Assembly: GCA_013239625.1 (NCBI GenBank)
Contig: MU054129.1
Span: forward strand, 189,238 to 253,237
DNA: 64,000 bases
Source: Lama guanicoe
Lineage: Eukaryota
Direction: 5' to 3'
Under the pieces are notes generated by a model. The model did no database searches. It worked only from the letters and a program-made list of their open reading frames with translations, and was not told the DNA's origin. A program made the translations under genes and the position numbers. How positions within the stretch are numbered: position 1 is the first letter of the stretch; each line of letters starts with the position of its first letter. Below, in pieces: positions 37,761-50,760 of this stretch.

Positions 37761-38284
37761 TAGATGAAGAGGGGCCTTGCTCGTGTTTAGAAAAGCCTCA
37801 GATTAAGATTTTGGAATGGGGTGGTTTATCAGCCTTGCTTATCAGCAGGGAAATTTTAGTTCCATCCAGATTTTGGTTCCTTCAGTAAAACTTAGGTGTA
37901 AGACACAAGGGTCAGTGCCGATTAGCAGTTATCTAGGGCTTGATTCAAAGTAGACTGTGGGGTGTAGGGATGGTAGATGGGCCCCTCCCGGACGATGTTG
38001 GCAGTCTGGGATTAGACACCCCAGTTGAGGATGTGGGAAACACTAACACAAAGAAGAGAGGGTTGTGGCTGCGGTAACTCATTACAGAAGCCAGAACCCT
38101 TGCCTGGCTCTTGTGTAGGGGAGTCTTGCCTAGCATAGGGTAGCAGTTATCAAAGTGTGTCCAAGGGCTCCTGAGGTGCAAGACCATTTTTGTAGAAATG
38201 CCAGGATGTCACCTGCTTTTTGCACACTCTTGCTCTCCCGAGTTTCCTGTGGGGTTTTCCAGGGAAAACCTGGCCTGTGATATC

Positions 38285-38615
38285 ACAAAACAGGGAATGC
38301 AGAGGCAAATAGGAGAATCCGGCTCTCACCAGTCCAAAAGAGATTTGCAGAAATTAAAATCACTGCTATTCTACTCACTAATGATTTTTGTTTTGAAAAT
38401 GTACTTATTTTTTGTTTAAGAGTATTGATGGTAACATGTAGAAGGTTCTTATTATTTTTACGTGAATTCATATATTTTTTTAAGTTCTTATTTAACTTAT
38501 AATGCAGGAACTATTGATAGATTTAACCCACATAAACAGCAGCCTTTTTGGAGTCCTCAGTAACTTTTAGGAGTGTACAGGGGTATGTAGACCAAGAAGT
38601 TTGAGAGCCCCTGGA
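38285..38615. mobile_element. hAT-Charlie DNA transposon end
   Basis: aatgcagaggcaaataggagaatcc...agagatttgcagaaa...aacccacataaacagcagcctttttggagtcctcagtaacttttaggagtgta...aagtttgagagcccctg. Confidence 0.65.
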
Positions 38616-38859
38616 GAACAGGTGCTCAGATGCTAGTCAGGTGCTTAGCTGGTGTTAAATGGATGCCAAGATGTCTTCTGCATCTGCTCCTGGACTCGAA
38701 GTAATTGGTCATATGGAGATGGATGGGCAGTGCCTCCAGTTACAAACCAGAAGGTGCTGAATGTGCCTGGAATCCGGGCCATGGGTTGTGGTAGTGGAGC
38801 CGGCTTTTCCGTATAGTAGGCCTGGCCCTGAAGGACCGCTCTCCTTTGCTCCCTGCCAG

Positions 38860-39110
38860 GTAACTTTTGTGCGACGTTAACCCCCCATAGGGCTTCAGCC
38901 TCCACAGGGACGTCAGCATCTACATCGCCTCCATCCTGAAGACCCTGCTGAAGATGGAGGAGTCAGTGCTTGTGCTGCTCCTCTGGGGCCACCTCTACCA
39001 CTGACAGAGACTCAACATCCACCAGGTCCGGATTCCCTGGTCCGACATTTTAGATCTCCCAAGTCTCAACAGAAACATCCCTGACATTGAGGACGAGCAT
39101 TACATAGCAG
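38860..39110 (+). pseudogene. POFUT2: POFUT2-like pseudo-exon 2, 251 nt, no indels but 3 stops, donor mutated
   Basis: ctccctgccag|G then [80 protein letters not shown] vs recalled [83 protein letters not shown]. Ends GCA G|atgagg (GT>AT). Confidence 0.97.
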
Positions 39111-39579
39111 ATGAGGTGCTGGTCGTTTAACTGGGGCCAGGCGGTCGTTGTTCTGGTTCCAGTGTGAATGTCTGGCCATCTTGCTACGGACCTGTCAGTC
39201 TGCTTAGGGGCCCTGCTCATGTTTCCCACACTGCAGGTGAATTTGGTCTTCCATAGTTTTTCTGGGGAAATAGATCTGAAGTGTATGACTCTGTGTCCCC
39301 TCCCCTCTGAAAACCCTGGCCTCCTGGTGAAATGGAGCAGTGACAGGGAGGCCGCTGCCACAGAGGCCTTTTCCTAGCAGGACTCGCTCCCTGTCCAGCC
39401 AGGGCCATTCATACCTGAAGGAAAACACTGTGTGCGTGTAGCGTGGGCCATGTCCTGGAGGAGATATGTAACTGCCCATCCAGTATAATTTGGTCCTGCT
39501 CAAGCTTCCCATTTTAATTTTTGTAAGAGGGAAGAGTTGAAGATTTTCTATGAATAAATGTATTTAGAGCTTATCACTG

Positions 39580-40225
39580 GTTTTACTTTTTATTACTATT
39601 GAAATGTGTTTGATTTACAATGTTGTGTTAGTTTCAGGTATACAGCATAGTGATTCAGTTGTACATGTATATACACTATTTTTTTTCAGGTTCTTTTCTA
39701 TTATAGGTTGCAAGATACTAATATTGTTCCCTGTGTTCTACAGTGAATCCTCGTTGTTTGTCTGTTGTACATATAGTAATTTGTATTCGTTAATCCCAAA
39801 CTCCTAAATTCGTTAATCCCAAACTCCTAAGTCTGTGAGTCAGTTTTTGTTTTGTAAATAGGTTCATTTGTATCATTTAAAAAAAAAATTCCACATATAA
39901 GTGATATCATATGATACTTGTCTTTCTCTGTCTGACTTATTTCACCTAGCGTGATAATCTCCAGGTCCATCCATGTTGCTGTAAATGGCATTATTTCATT
40001 CTTTGTTACGATTGAGTGCTACTCTGTTATATCTAAATACCACATATTTATCCAGTCATCTGTCAGTGGATGTTTAGGTTGCTTCTATTCCTTGGCCATT
40101 GTAAACAGTGCTGCTGTGAACATTGGGGTGCAGGTATCTTATTGAATTAAGGTTCCCTCTGGATATATGCCCAGGAGTGGGATTGCTGGATCAAATGATA
40201 AGTCTTATTTTAGTCATTTGAGGTC
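39580..40225 (-). mobile_element. L1 3' end
   Basis: tttacaatgttgtgttagtttcaggtatacagcatagtgattcagtt...aggtccatccatgttgctgtaaatggca...ggatatatgcccaggagtgggattgctgga. Confidence 0.92.
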
Positions 40226-42574
40226 TCATAGTAATGACTTTGCTTTGATTCTGTGGCTTTTGCTTCTCTCCACATGGAATTGAATTCTCTGTTGCATTTT
40301 GTATATGTGTTCTTAACGGGGGAAGAAATTTTGCGTTTTATACAGAGGTGGGTTTTCCTATCCCCTCTGAATGCCTTCTGTAATTAATACAGTAAAAATC
40401 TCTTATTGCAGTCCTTAATTATTTGATAATGAGCTCTCATATTTTTTGGCTTAATCAGAAACAATGACAAAGAGTGATAATAAACAATATGAAAACTTTC
40501 CTTCCTTTGAAAAGAAATCAGGGGGTCAGGCTTACGTGTGCTTTGTGACCAACACAATTACATTCGTGTCATTCTGTATCATGGTTCTGAGGCAGAGTTG
40601 CTTCAGGTTTGTAGATTTTTGTTTTAACATTTGTGTTGAATTCTTTCTTCAGGCTGATGTTTCTTTTTGGGTTTGTGTAAAGTGTAGAGGAAGGGAAACA
40701 AATGCTTTGTTTTGATTTCAGGAGATCTGAGTTGCTGTTGAGAAGAGTTGAGTGTGGGCTAAGGAACAGAGTGACACTCCCTCACCTCCTGGCTGAAATT
40801 GATGAACAATGAAATCAATTAGGTGTATCGGTATTTGACCAATAGGAGTTAGCGAGACCAAACTGGCTAGTCATGCCCAATGGAAAGTACTGAATTCACC
40901 TCCCGGAAAATTAGGTGATTTACCAAGTAGAAACAGCTTAGAGAAATCAGAAAAAAATCAGTTCTATGATGAGACATAAAAAGAATATAATCTTTTATTT
41001 CTGAAACTTTTCTACATTAGGCTGTGTAGAACTGAAATTAAGTTTCAAGAGCCAGGAGTAAGAGTGTGGGTGGTTCTGTGGGATCGTTATTCAAGGATGT
41101 GTCTAGACCCTGCTGGAGTGGCTGAAGCTGGCAGGAAAAGACCCAGAGCCAGGATTTGTCATCCCAGGGTGTCCTCCATAATTGTTCCATGTGGGAGCCC
41201 ATGATTGGGTTAACAAATTGTAACAGACCCCAGATGCCTGTCAACTATAAGAAGAAAAATGTGCTTAGTAACTGCTTTGCAAGCAGGCACCTGTGCATTC
41301 GTACTCCTGTCTCCTTGTCATAAAAAGCAGAGACAATGCCTTGCTTGCATAGTTGAGGATTTAGATCGCACTCTGCTCATTACACAGCAATGGCCCAGGC
41401 CCTCAGCTAGAAATGCTGGGCTTGCCTGCTGTTAGATAGTCTATTATCCCCAAAACAAGGACCTGGCTGATCTGGTGGTCTGCTCTGTAATGAACATATC
41501 TAAAGAATGTACCTTGTTCCCCTCTCCCCATGACTTCCCTAAAGATAAACTAAGCCTTTATAGTCATGGTGGATTCTACAATCTCTGTCTCATCCTGTCT
41601 TTCCCCAAGTTCCTGTTCACTATCACACAGCTGTTAATGACTTTTTCCTTTGATTATACACAATAAATATGGGAGCATTTGAGAGGCTCGTGGAGTTGGC
41701 TCCCTACTCCCTCTCGCTCCCTTGACATTTTCCACAGTCTTGAGTAATTCATTCCGTGTCGGTAAGATATCTGCCATCCAAAACCCACAGTTCCATGTGA
41801 GAAGGATGCAGGCTTTATCTCTCCTACCCGAGGGGGAGAGAGAACAGAATTGAGATCTGCTTCCCCATGGTCCCTTCCTGCCCCAGGGCCACACCAGTTC
41901 ACCTGCAGCCTCCTGACCCTGCTTACAGGAAATCTGTCCCAGTACTGACCACAGCCTTTTCTTCCCTTGTCAACATTTCCTGTGCCTTTCAGAAGTTGGT
42001 CTCTTCTTCTCTGTAATTCAACCCTGGCAGGTGTGATGGTGGTCAGCGTGCTGGTGGGCAGTCACTTGGGGCTCCCAGGGGCCATGCTGATTTTCCTGAG
42101 TGTCTCATTCAGGGTTACAGAACTTTTGAGCTCTGGAGGAATCCCATTCACGTGAGGCCAGCACAGCATTGCATCACTTTCATTTTATTTTTTTAATTTT
42201 CGGTGGAGAAATTATTTGTAGCAAACTGTTCCAAATTTTTGTCCACCTTCTTTCCTCACCACCATCTCCTTGTTGTCTCTGGTGCTTGTTTTAAGAACCA
42301 GGTTTCTTCTCTGGTCATTTCTAGCAGCTGGGCTTGCCGAATCCTTGAACTGCATTTGAAGCAGAATGCTTCTTCGTGATGTCAAACTGGTTTTCCTTGT
42401 CATTTCTGAATATTCTGTGTACACTCAGCAACTGTTTGAAGTGAAATGCTCTTGTCCAATTTCCGTTAACTCACATTTTCTGATCTGCTTTCATGCTGAG
42501 GGCGGTTTCTTCTTCCTGTAATAAACGTTAGCAATTTGCATTTACTATGGGAAGGTACTGGCCCAAGGTGCTTT

Positions 42575-43612
42575 TGTTCTTAACAGTTTTTATGCAATTC
42601 ACCCATTAAAATGTACAGCGGTTTTTACTCTATGCTCAGAATTGTGCTTCCCGGTCTTAGAACATTTTCATACCCCCAACAGGAATCCCCGTACCCATTA
42701 TCAGTCATTTCCATCTTCCCCATCTTCCCCCAGCCTCAGACAGCCACTTTTCTCTCTCTGTGGATTTGCCTGTGCTGGACATTTCTTGTAAATTGAATCA
42801 TTTCATATAAATGGAACCGTCTTTTGTGGCTGACTTCTTTCACACTGAGCAACATTTTCAATGTTTGTCCATGTTGTGGCCTGGGTCAGTACTGTATGCT
42901 TTGCTATTGCTGAATAATATTCCACTGCATGGCTGGGACCCTCTGTTTACCCATTCATCATGTGATAGGCATTTGGGTTGTTTCTGCTTTTTGACTGTGA
43001 TGAGTAATGGCGCCGTGAACATTCCTGTAGGAGTTTTTACGTGGACATAGGTTTTCAGTTCTCTTGCACTTTTGCCCAGGAAGCAGAATTGCTGGGACAT
43101 TCAGAAACCAAATGTTCAGCTCTCTGAGGACCTGCCAGGCTGTTTTCTAAAGTGGCCACGGTGTGTTACGTCCTCACCAGCAAGGGCTGCGAGCTCCGCT
43201 TCCTCTGTGTCCTCATTAGTGCTTGTTGCTCCTTTTTTGATTATAACCTATTGTTGTGAGTGTGAAGCGGTTTCTCCTTGTGGTTTTGATTTGATTTCCC
43301 TTACAGCTAATGATATTGAACATCTTTTCATTGTGTTTATGGACCATTTGTATATTTTCCTTGAAAAATATCTTTTCAGATCCTTTATTCATTTTTTATT
43401 TAGTTGCCTTTTTATTGTTGAGTTGTAGGAGTTTTTTTTTTATCTTGAAGATACAAATTTCTAATCAGATAAATGATTTGAAAAAATTTTCTCCTGTGTG
43501 TTGTTTTCACTTTCTTCATGGTGTCCTTTGAAGCAAAGTTTTAAATTTTGATGAACTCCAGTTTATCTCTGTTTTCTTTGTTCCTTGTGCTTTTGGGGTC
43601 ATATTTAAGATC
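42575..43612 (-). mobile_element. Old L1 (L1MB/MC-like), 3' ORF2 plus UTR
   Basis: Minus ORF 42858-43100 ELKTYVHVKTPTGMFTAPLLITVKKQKQPKCLSHDEWVN matches the L1 ORF2 C-terminus. Confidence 0.88.
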
Positions 43613-46600
43613 TGATGTATTTTATATAAACTTTCATATATAAAATAACTTAATTCTTATAACTGTTCTAGGAGACGGGTGCTGTTGTCCCTGGTCTATG
43701 GATGAGGAGACTGAGATGCAGAAAAGCTCACTGACTTCTCAGGGGCACAGCTACTTGGTGGTGCTGTGGGAATTTAGACCCACATGTTTGTCCCCAGCAT
43801 CTGTGCTCTTAACCTCCAGGCTCCACTCCTTCCTGGAGTAGTTAATGAAAAAGTCTTTACTTTTATGATTTCTTGTTAGTTTTTTTTTTGCTTGGGGACC
43901 TCATCTCCTCATTTTCCTTGCAGAGATCAGTGTAGGTTTATTTTGGGTCTCATGTAGGCAGAAGAATTGCTATCAGTTAACTTCTTTATTACTCACCCTC
44001 CAGTGATGATTATTGCTAATTGACCTAATTAAGTCATGCTTAAGTCTTTCCTGCTCATGACACTAAAAACAGAGTCATGACTTACAGACTGCTCAAAGAA
44101 GAAAGTACTTGAGTAGTTTTATTTTGCTAACCAATCAAAGAAAAATCCCAGTGTTGACCCAGATTATAAGCCCTCCAGAATAGGGTCATTGTCTTCCTTG
44201 TGTTTCATTAGTTTGGTCACAGTGTCTGGATAGTGCCTTGCTGTCCAGCAGTTTTGTTAGGATACGGTGCTCGTGAATCATTGTAAGGATAGAATTTTGA
44301 CAACAGACTCTGTTGTTCATTTCACAAAGGATAAGATATTATAGAAATACTGCTCAGATCTATTTTAAAATTGTTTGGAATTCTGAGAAGAGTTGGAGAA
44401 ACCATACAAAGACATTTTCACTAATTTTTGATCTATCTTAGACAGATTATGATTATATAGCAGAGAAACTTATCAACTAGCTTTGACAAGAGGGGTGTAT
44501 TATTGATTATTTGTTTTAGTTGAAATATTCTCCCTGGGATAAAGTAATCAGTGCCCATAAATGAACAAACATAAGCTTGCATTTCTATGCAACATGGGAG
44601 CAGTCTTCATGTATTTATATATAATATATATGGGTGTGTGTTTTAATCTGTCAGTGTTTTTATAGTTTTTCAGCAATGTTTTAGCTTAAGTACTCTTCTA
44701 ATAAAGTCACCCCCGTGTCTAGTGCACTTTGTACTATTTATCCTGTCTTATGCATGGAATCCCACTGTCCCCTCAGTGAGGAATTTCCTCTCCTACTGAG
44801 TTAGTAGCAGAGTTAAAGGAACTGTGATTTCTAGTCCTTTGCTCTCCATGTGTATGTAGTTGACTTCAATCACGACTTTCTCTTTCTTAGGTTTTCATTG
44901 TTCAAATAGAATTTATGAAAATAGCTATTGATATGTTGCACAAATCTCCCTAGAAACTTGATGTGTTTGTGCTTTTCAGTTTTCATTGTATGGAAAATGT
45001 AAATGCACTCTTGTTTTTAAGTAGTCCTTTTTCACTAGGTATTTGTTTACCTCTTGATTGTTAAAATTATTTTCCCAATGAATGAATCAGTGTGCATGTT
45101 TTAAAAGATACCTCACTTTTTATTTTTCTTATTGTAACAGTTATATTCATTGTAGAGAATTTAGAAAATAAGAATAAGCACAGTAAATAAGCTAAAAATG
45201 GCCTATAATCTCACCTGGAGATACAATTGTAAGGTTTGAAATTGAGAATTACAAGTCCTCTCACGTTGTTCATTTTCAAGATCGTTTTGGTTATTGAGAC
45301 CCTCGAGTTCCCGTATGAATTGTGGTAGCATCTAGGCAGTATCTGCAAAGAAGCCTGTTGGGATTTTGATGGAGGCCACGTTGAATATACGGATCACTCT
45401 GGGGAGCACTGCCATCCCAAGAACGCTGTCTTCTGATCCAGGAACCTGCTTGGTGTGTCTGTCCAGGTATTTAGGTCTTCTTTAATTTTTTTAACAATGC
45501 TTTGAGTTTACAGAGTATGATTTTACCTTTTTATTTTTTTTTTGCCTTTATACTGAGGACAAGTGTGCAAGGTACCGGGATCAGAAGTTACTTGTATTTG
45601 AGCCCCGCCACTTTCTGCCACCATGCACACTGCGCTCTTGCTTTGCCTTCTGTATCATCTTGCACAAAATAGGACCTCAGTAACTCTCTCTTCAATGAAT
45701 GGTTATATGATTGTTAGATAGATGCTTGAGAGCCCTTGCGATGATGTCTTTTTTCAGCCTTTCCCCACTTCTTCTTAACTATGCCCTTTCTCTTGTTTCC
45801 TCCAGCCTGGGTTTCAGTCTGCCTGTGGCATTGATTTTTCCTGTCTGTAGACTCTTCCTTTCACTGGTTCACATTAATATTACATGTGGGCTGTGGAAAC
45901 TTGTTAGATGTCAAGAAAGAGCAAATCCATTGCATGCTAGTATTTTTAGTGTTTCTTGTTTTATTGATTGAAATTAAATCAGGCTGACCCCCTGAGCTCT
46001 CCTGTGAGCTCTTTTCGCCTTCCTACAGGTAATACTGCTCTGATTGTTGCATGTGCCCTTCCCCCCAGCCTTGGTTTTGGAGTTGAGTAAGTCAGCATCT
46101 GTGGACCCCTCTCTTTAAAAGATGGAGAGAACATTCACTCCTTCTCTCTGGTTGGGGACTTCTTCGATGAGACAAGGTGCCAGGTAAAGAATGGAGCCCC
46201 ACCTCATTCTGACCCCCGCTCTTTCCGTTCCTTTCTCCAAGGGAAAAGAGTACAATTCAACAGTATAAAGATTAATTGTGAGCTAATGAGATAGACAAAG
46301 CAACTGAACATTTATTAAATATCCTTTCACGCCAGAAAAATTATACACACAAAAAGCACACAAAGCACGGTAGTACCGTGGTTACACACGTGGGTCCCAG
46401 TTCAAGTCCTGCACTGGAGTGACCAGTTCTGTGAGATGGAGAACTGGTGGGTCGGCTTAGCTTCTCCCGGACTTGTTTTCTGTCCTGCTAGGCGTCCCCC
46501 CACCCCCGTAGAGGTGCTGTGGGGTGTAAATGACATGCGTGGGCAGCCCAAGCACAGCTGCTCGTCCCTCGTAAGTGCAGGATTGCATACCTTTTGAGGT

Positions 46601-47930
46601 GACGGCTTTATGACCGCCCCGTGTAGACTCTCAGTTCTCCAAAGGGATGCCTTGTGGGTTGAGATGGGATTCTCACTTCTGTAAATACTCAAGGATTGTG
46701 TTATTGGGCCCTGCTGGTTTGAATCTATTCTTTACAAAGTATATATTGTAGTTTTTTTCAAGTATGCAAGTTTTTTTTTTTATTTATAGTTCTACCCTCT
46801 CATCTCTTGGTGTGATTTTTCATGGAATCCAGGAAAATGTCCTAAGCCACCTGCTTCTTCACACTTCTCCATGGTGGTTTTCTTCCCTGACAAGAAGAAG
46901 GTTTTGCATAGGAAATTTTCTTTGTTCCCCTTTTCTTGGAGTCTCTGTCTGTCTGCCCATCTCTCACCTGTCCATCTGTCCATTTATCCACCCACTCATT
47001 CTTCTGACTTGTTCCAAAAAGCATTTCAGGCAACTTACAGAATAATTTACCAAATAACCAGGTAAGAAAATGAAGCCAAGTTCAGACAGTGAGGCTGAGA
47101 GGCGAGCCTGTGTGAGGGTTGCAGGGGTGAGACACACGCCTCTGCCCAGTGAGTTATAAGATCGACAACAAGAGTGTGCCTGAGGCTCCCAGCAGACACA
47201 GGGAAACAGGGTTTGTGGGAGATGCTCACTGTCTGTGAAGTAAATAAGTGGCTTGGTAGAAGCCCAGCATTTCCAGCTACTAAGGCTTTGGAGAATATTT
47301 TGGGGGTCTTCAAATCAGAGTATTTCATCTTTTCTTTTGTCAGAGTTCTACATATAGTTGGTTACATTCTGTACCTGGAAATTTCTCCCAAACTCCTTCC
47401 CACGTGAGTCCCATGGCTCGGGAATGGGGTCGTTCTGCTCATTGATGGGGGTTGGCCAGAAACAGAAATTGACAGCCTCAAAGTAGACTGGGATTTGTCA
47501 GTTATGTTTTGTCAGTGCTGTAGATTTCAGAAAATACTTTCACAGTTTCTCTCCATCTGAGGCAGCAGCGTGCTCTCTTACCAGCATCAGGAGCTCAGGG
47601 CCACGGGATGGTGGGGGGTGACTGCACTGCCGTCAAGACAGCTGAGCTAGTCATTGCAGGCGTGCTTTCACGTAGTGCATTTCATGTTCTTTAATAGAAG
47701 GTTTAAACAGGAAGTTAATTAACTGAGTTAATTAACATTTAATAAATATGATGCTTTGTTAAAAGATAGTTATAGGCAGAATATAAGGAGTGAAGAATTT
47801 AAAAATGGTTTCATTACTGAAATTTCAGTAGGGAAGGTTCACCGTTTATCTTATTTGTGCCTCTCTTTTAAAGTAACAAACAGGACAGAAAAGGCAGAAG
47901 ATGATTTCTGTTCTTCCTCTCGGCTTACAG

Positions 47931-48051
47931 GTGCCCTCACTTCCAGTGGCATCAATCCAGACACCAGTACAGACACTAGCCATACTCAGAACTGCCTCAG
48001 CCCTGAAGACACAACTGACAAATAGAAGGGGGCCATGCCCTGTTACAGCAG
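47931..48051 (+). pseudogene. TRAPPC9: TRAPPC9-like pseudo-exon (human exon 6 equivalent); stop at 48023-48025, 1-nt deletion near the end
   Basis: ttcttcctctcggcttacag|GT GCC CTC... gives [39 protein letters not shown] vs recalled [41 protein letters not shown]. Donor cag|gtgctc. Confidence 0.93.
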
Positions 48052-48989
48052 GTGCTCTCACTTTGTGGGTCCTTATGTGACTGCGTGGTGTTAATCAGGA
48101 TTGCCCGTTCTACATTGTGTGATGCTGCTGCCGTGTCTCCTAGTTATTTGTTTCTGTAAGTACTCGTGTATCATTCTCCAATGTGCGGTACTACACACCT
48201 AAAAATGCTTTTTTTCAGATGAAAAGTAATGTGTATTTAATATAGTAAGTCTGAAAAAAGAGGCAAAAGAGGCTATCCTTGTCCCACTACTCAGAGATAA
48301 TAATTAACACTTTAACATCTATTTTATGTTCTTTTCATCAGTGTGTATCACCTCTGTCATAAAACACATGTGTGGAGACCTCCATTTTCCATTCGCCTTG
48401 TTCCATGTTTTTCTACAATATTCAGTCTTCCCTGGCATGATTTTTAATGAGCAGTATAGCATTCTGCCTTGTGGAGGCATTGTTCATTTTACTTCAGACT
48501 TAAATAAACTTCTAAATTCCATGTATACTTAGCTGAAATACTGAAGAGAGAACTGAGGTGGTACAGAGAAATGAAGTGGTACAGAAGAGTGGTATTGAGT
48601 GAAAAATGAAAGGCCCCAACCTCCCCTCCTCTTATCCTGAGAGTAAAAGCTGTTGACAATGTGGTGTATATATTTCATGACCTTTCTGCCTATGACATAT
48701 GTATATATATGCATATATGAGAAATCTATGCATATGTGTGTATATATATGCTTTATCAAAAAATTAGACCACACTATATGTTTTTCTGCAACTCGCTTTA
48801 TTCACTCAGTGGTATACCATAGATGTCTTCCCACTCCAGACCCTCCCGGCCCTTTCAAATAGAGTGGAGGGGTCTCCTGATGTGCGGGTGTGGTCTCTTG
48901 TGTACGGACACCTTTGGTGGGAGAGTGCTGTGGACAAAGCCCTAGACCACAGAGAAACACCGGCTCCCTCAGAGCCCACAGCTCACCGA

Positions 48990-50760
48990 GATTTACCGCA
49001 TCATTGTCTTGATGGTGGACACTTAGGTTTTCTCCATTTTCCACTGTCAGAAAGGATGTTTGACTGACATCGTTCTTGTATAGACATTCCTATGATCTTG
49101 TATGAATATTCCTTTAGTTAAGGCTTCTGGAAATTTAGTCCCTGGATGTGACATTTACATTCATCACAGGTTCCTTTCAAGTAACTCTAGAAATTCCTTC
49201 TCCAGTGTGGAATGAAAAGATGTAGAATTATTTATGTAACCAATTCTCTATCGCTGGATATGATTTCATTTCAGTGTTTCTTCCCACCATAGTATACAGT
49301 GCTGTGTAAATGCCATGATTGGTACATCTTTTTGGACTGATTTTTTTTTTAAAGAAACAATTCCTAGAAGTGTAGTTGAGTCAGTGTGTATGTACGCTTT
49401 TCAGAGTTAACATGTCCATTGACATCCTCCAAAATGTTTACTCACAGTTTGTTCTCCCACAGAGACACTAGCTAGTATGTCTTTTAAAAATATTTGCCAA
49501 TACGATGAGCAAAAGTGCTTTTTCACTGTTTAAGTTTGCATTTGATGGTCAGTGAAGTATTGAGCATTTTTCACTCATTAGCCATTTGACTTCTTTAAAG
49601 TGAATAATCCGTTTTGTCCTTTGCACACATTTAAGTGAGGGAGCATCTTGTTGCTTTGTGACAGCTCTTTGTATGTTAAGAACATTAGCTCCTTATCTTC
49701 ATCAACATTTATCACATGTCTTTTTCTTGACATTGCTTGCCTTTCATTTTGTTCAGGGGGTTGTTTATTTTTGTTGTGGCCCAAAATATTCTTAAGATAG
49801 TAAATCTTTTCCTTATGGGTTTTATCTTTGGTATTATTCTTAGAAATACTTTTTATTATAGAATAAATCTCTTCTGTAGGTTTTTTTAGTCTCTAAGATG
49901 GAGATGATAGTAGTACATGTTATAGTGTGGGGAAGTTGAGTTAATATGAGCAAAGGGTTGTATTTGCTGTCATTAGTACTTTTCAATATTTACATCACTG
50001 TCTGTAATTTATCTTGTGGTCATTATGACAGGAATAGAATTCTTTCCAGGTGATTCTCTGATTGTCCCAGGATAATTATTGAATACATACTTTACTCTTT
50101 GATTTGAAATCCCATGTATACAAAATACTTATGTACACTAGTCTCTTTTTGAGCTCATATTTCCTTTCTGTCAATTTTCCTTTCTTACTCCAGCACCATA
50201 TCCTACGTATTGTAAAAATATATTTAATATCTAACAGTGTGATTCTTTTTTACTCTTTTCTTCCATCCCAAATTTTCTTGGCTAGTATTATGACTTTATT
50301 ATTCCTGAAGAATTCTAAAATATTTTGTTCAATTTGAAAAAAATCAGATTGGAATTTTCATGGGAGTTTTTTTGAAGTTTTGAATTATTTTTAGGAGAAC
50401 TTATATCTTTACAAAACTGCTTTCCTCCATGCAGTATGTTGATGTGTCTACATTTACATCACTTTACCCCTCAGTACAGTCCTGTAGTTTTTCCATTTAG
50501 AACATGGGCATTATTTTTGAGTTTATTCCAGATTATTGTTTGTGTTTTTGTTAATTTTGTAAGTGAAAATTGTTTGCTATTATATTTTTTAACTGCTTAA
50601 AACTGACATCTAGAAAGGCGGATTTGGTTTGTAAATACTCACTTTGTATCTTGTCACTTAACATTGTATTAAGTACTTGTTCCAGAACACTTTCTTTTCT
50701 GTTTTTACAAAAGTTTGTTTCCAAGATTCTCAAAATGGTCATAGCTAAGTAGTATAGGTG
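48990..50760 (-). mobile_element. Highly decayed L1 (L1ME-like) fragments
   Basis: gatggtggacacttaggttttctccatttt, tttgcatttgatggtcagtgaagtattgagcatttttcac, cagattggaattttcatggga: antisense L1 ORF2/3'UTR motifs. Boundaries approximate. Confidence 0.55.

Noticed and set aside
40722..40822. Candidate plus-strand exon (tttgatttcag|gagatc...attag|gtgtat)
   Set aside because: Stops in all three frames, weak donor and no recognisable homology.
47030..47061. Micro-exon (ttcag|gcaac...aaccag|gtaaga) as the missing TRAPPC9 exon 5
   Set aside because: The donor is good but the sequence does not encode the recalled GAQEVLIDP peptide. It could be a cryptic exon, which I cannot support.
47713..47736. 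Twin palindromes gttaattaac-tga-gttaattaac
   Set aside because: Short and AT-rich; most simply a small local duplication, with no evidence of function.
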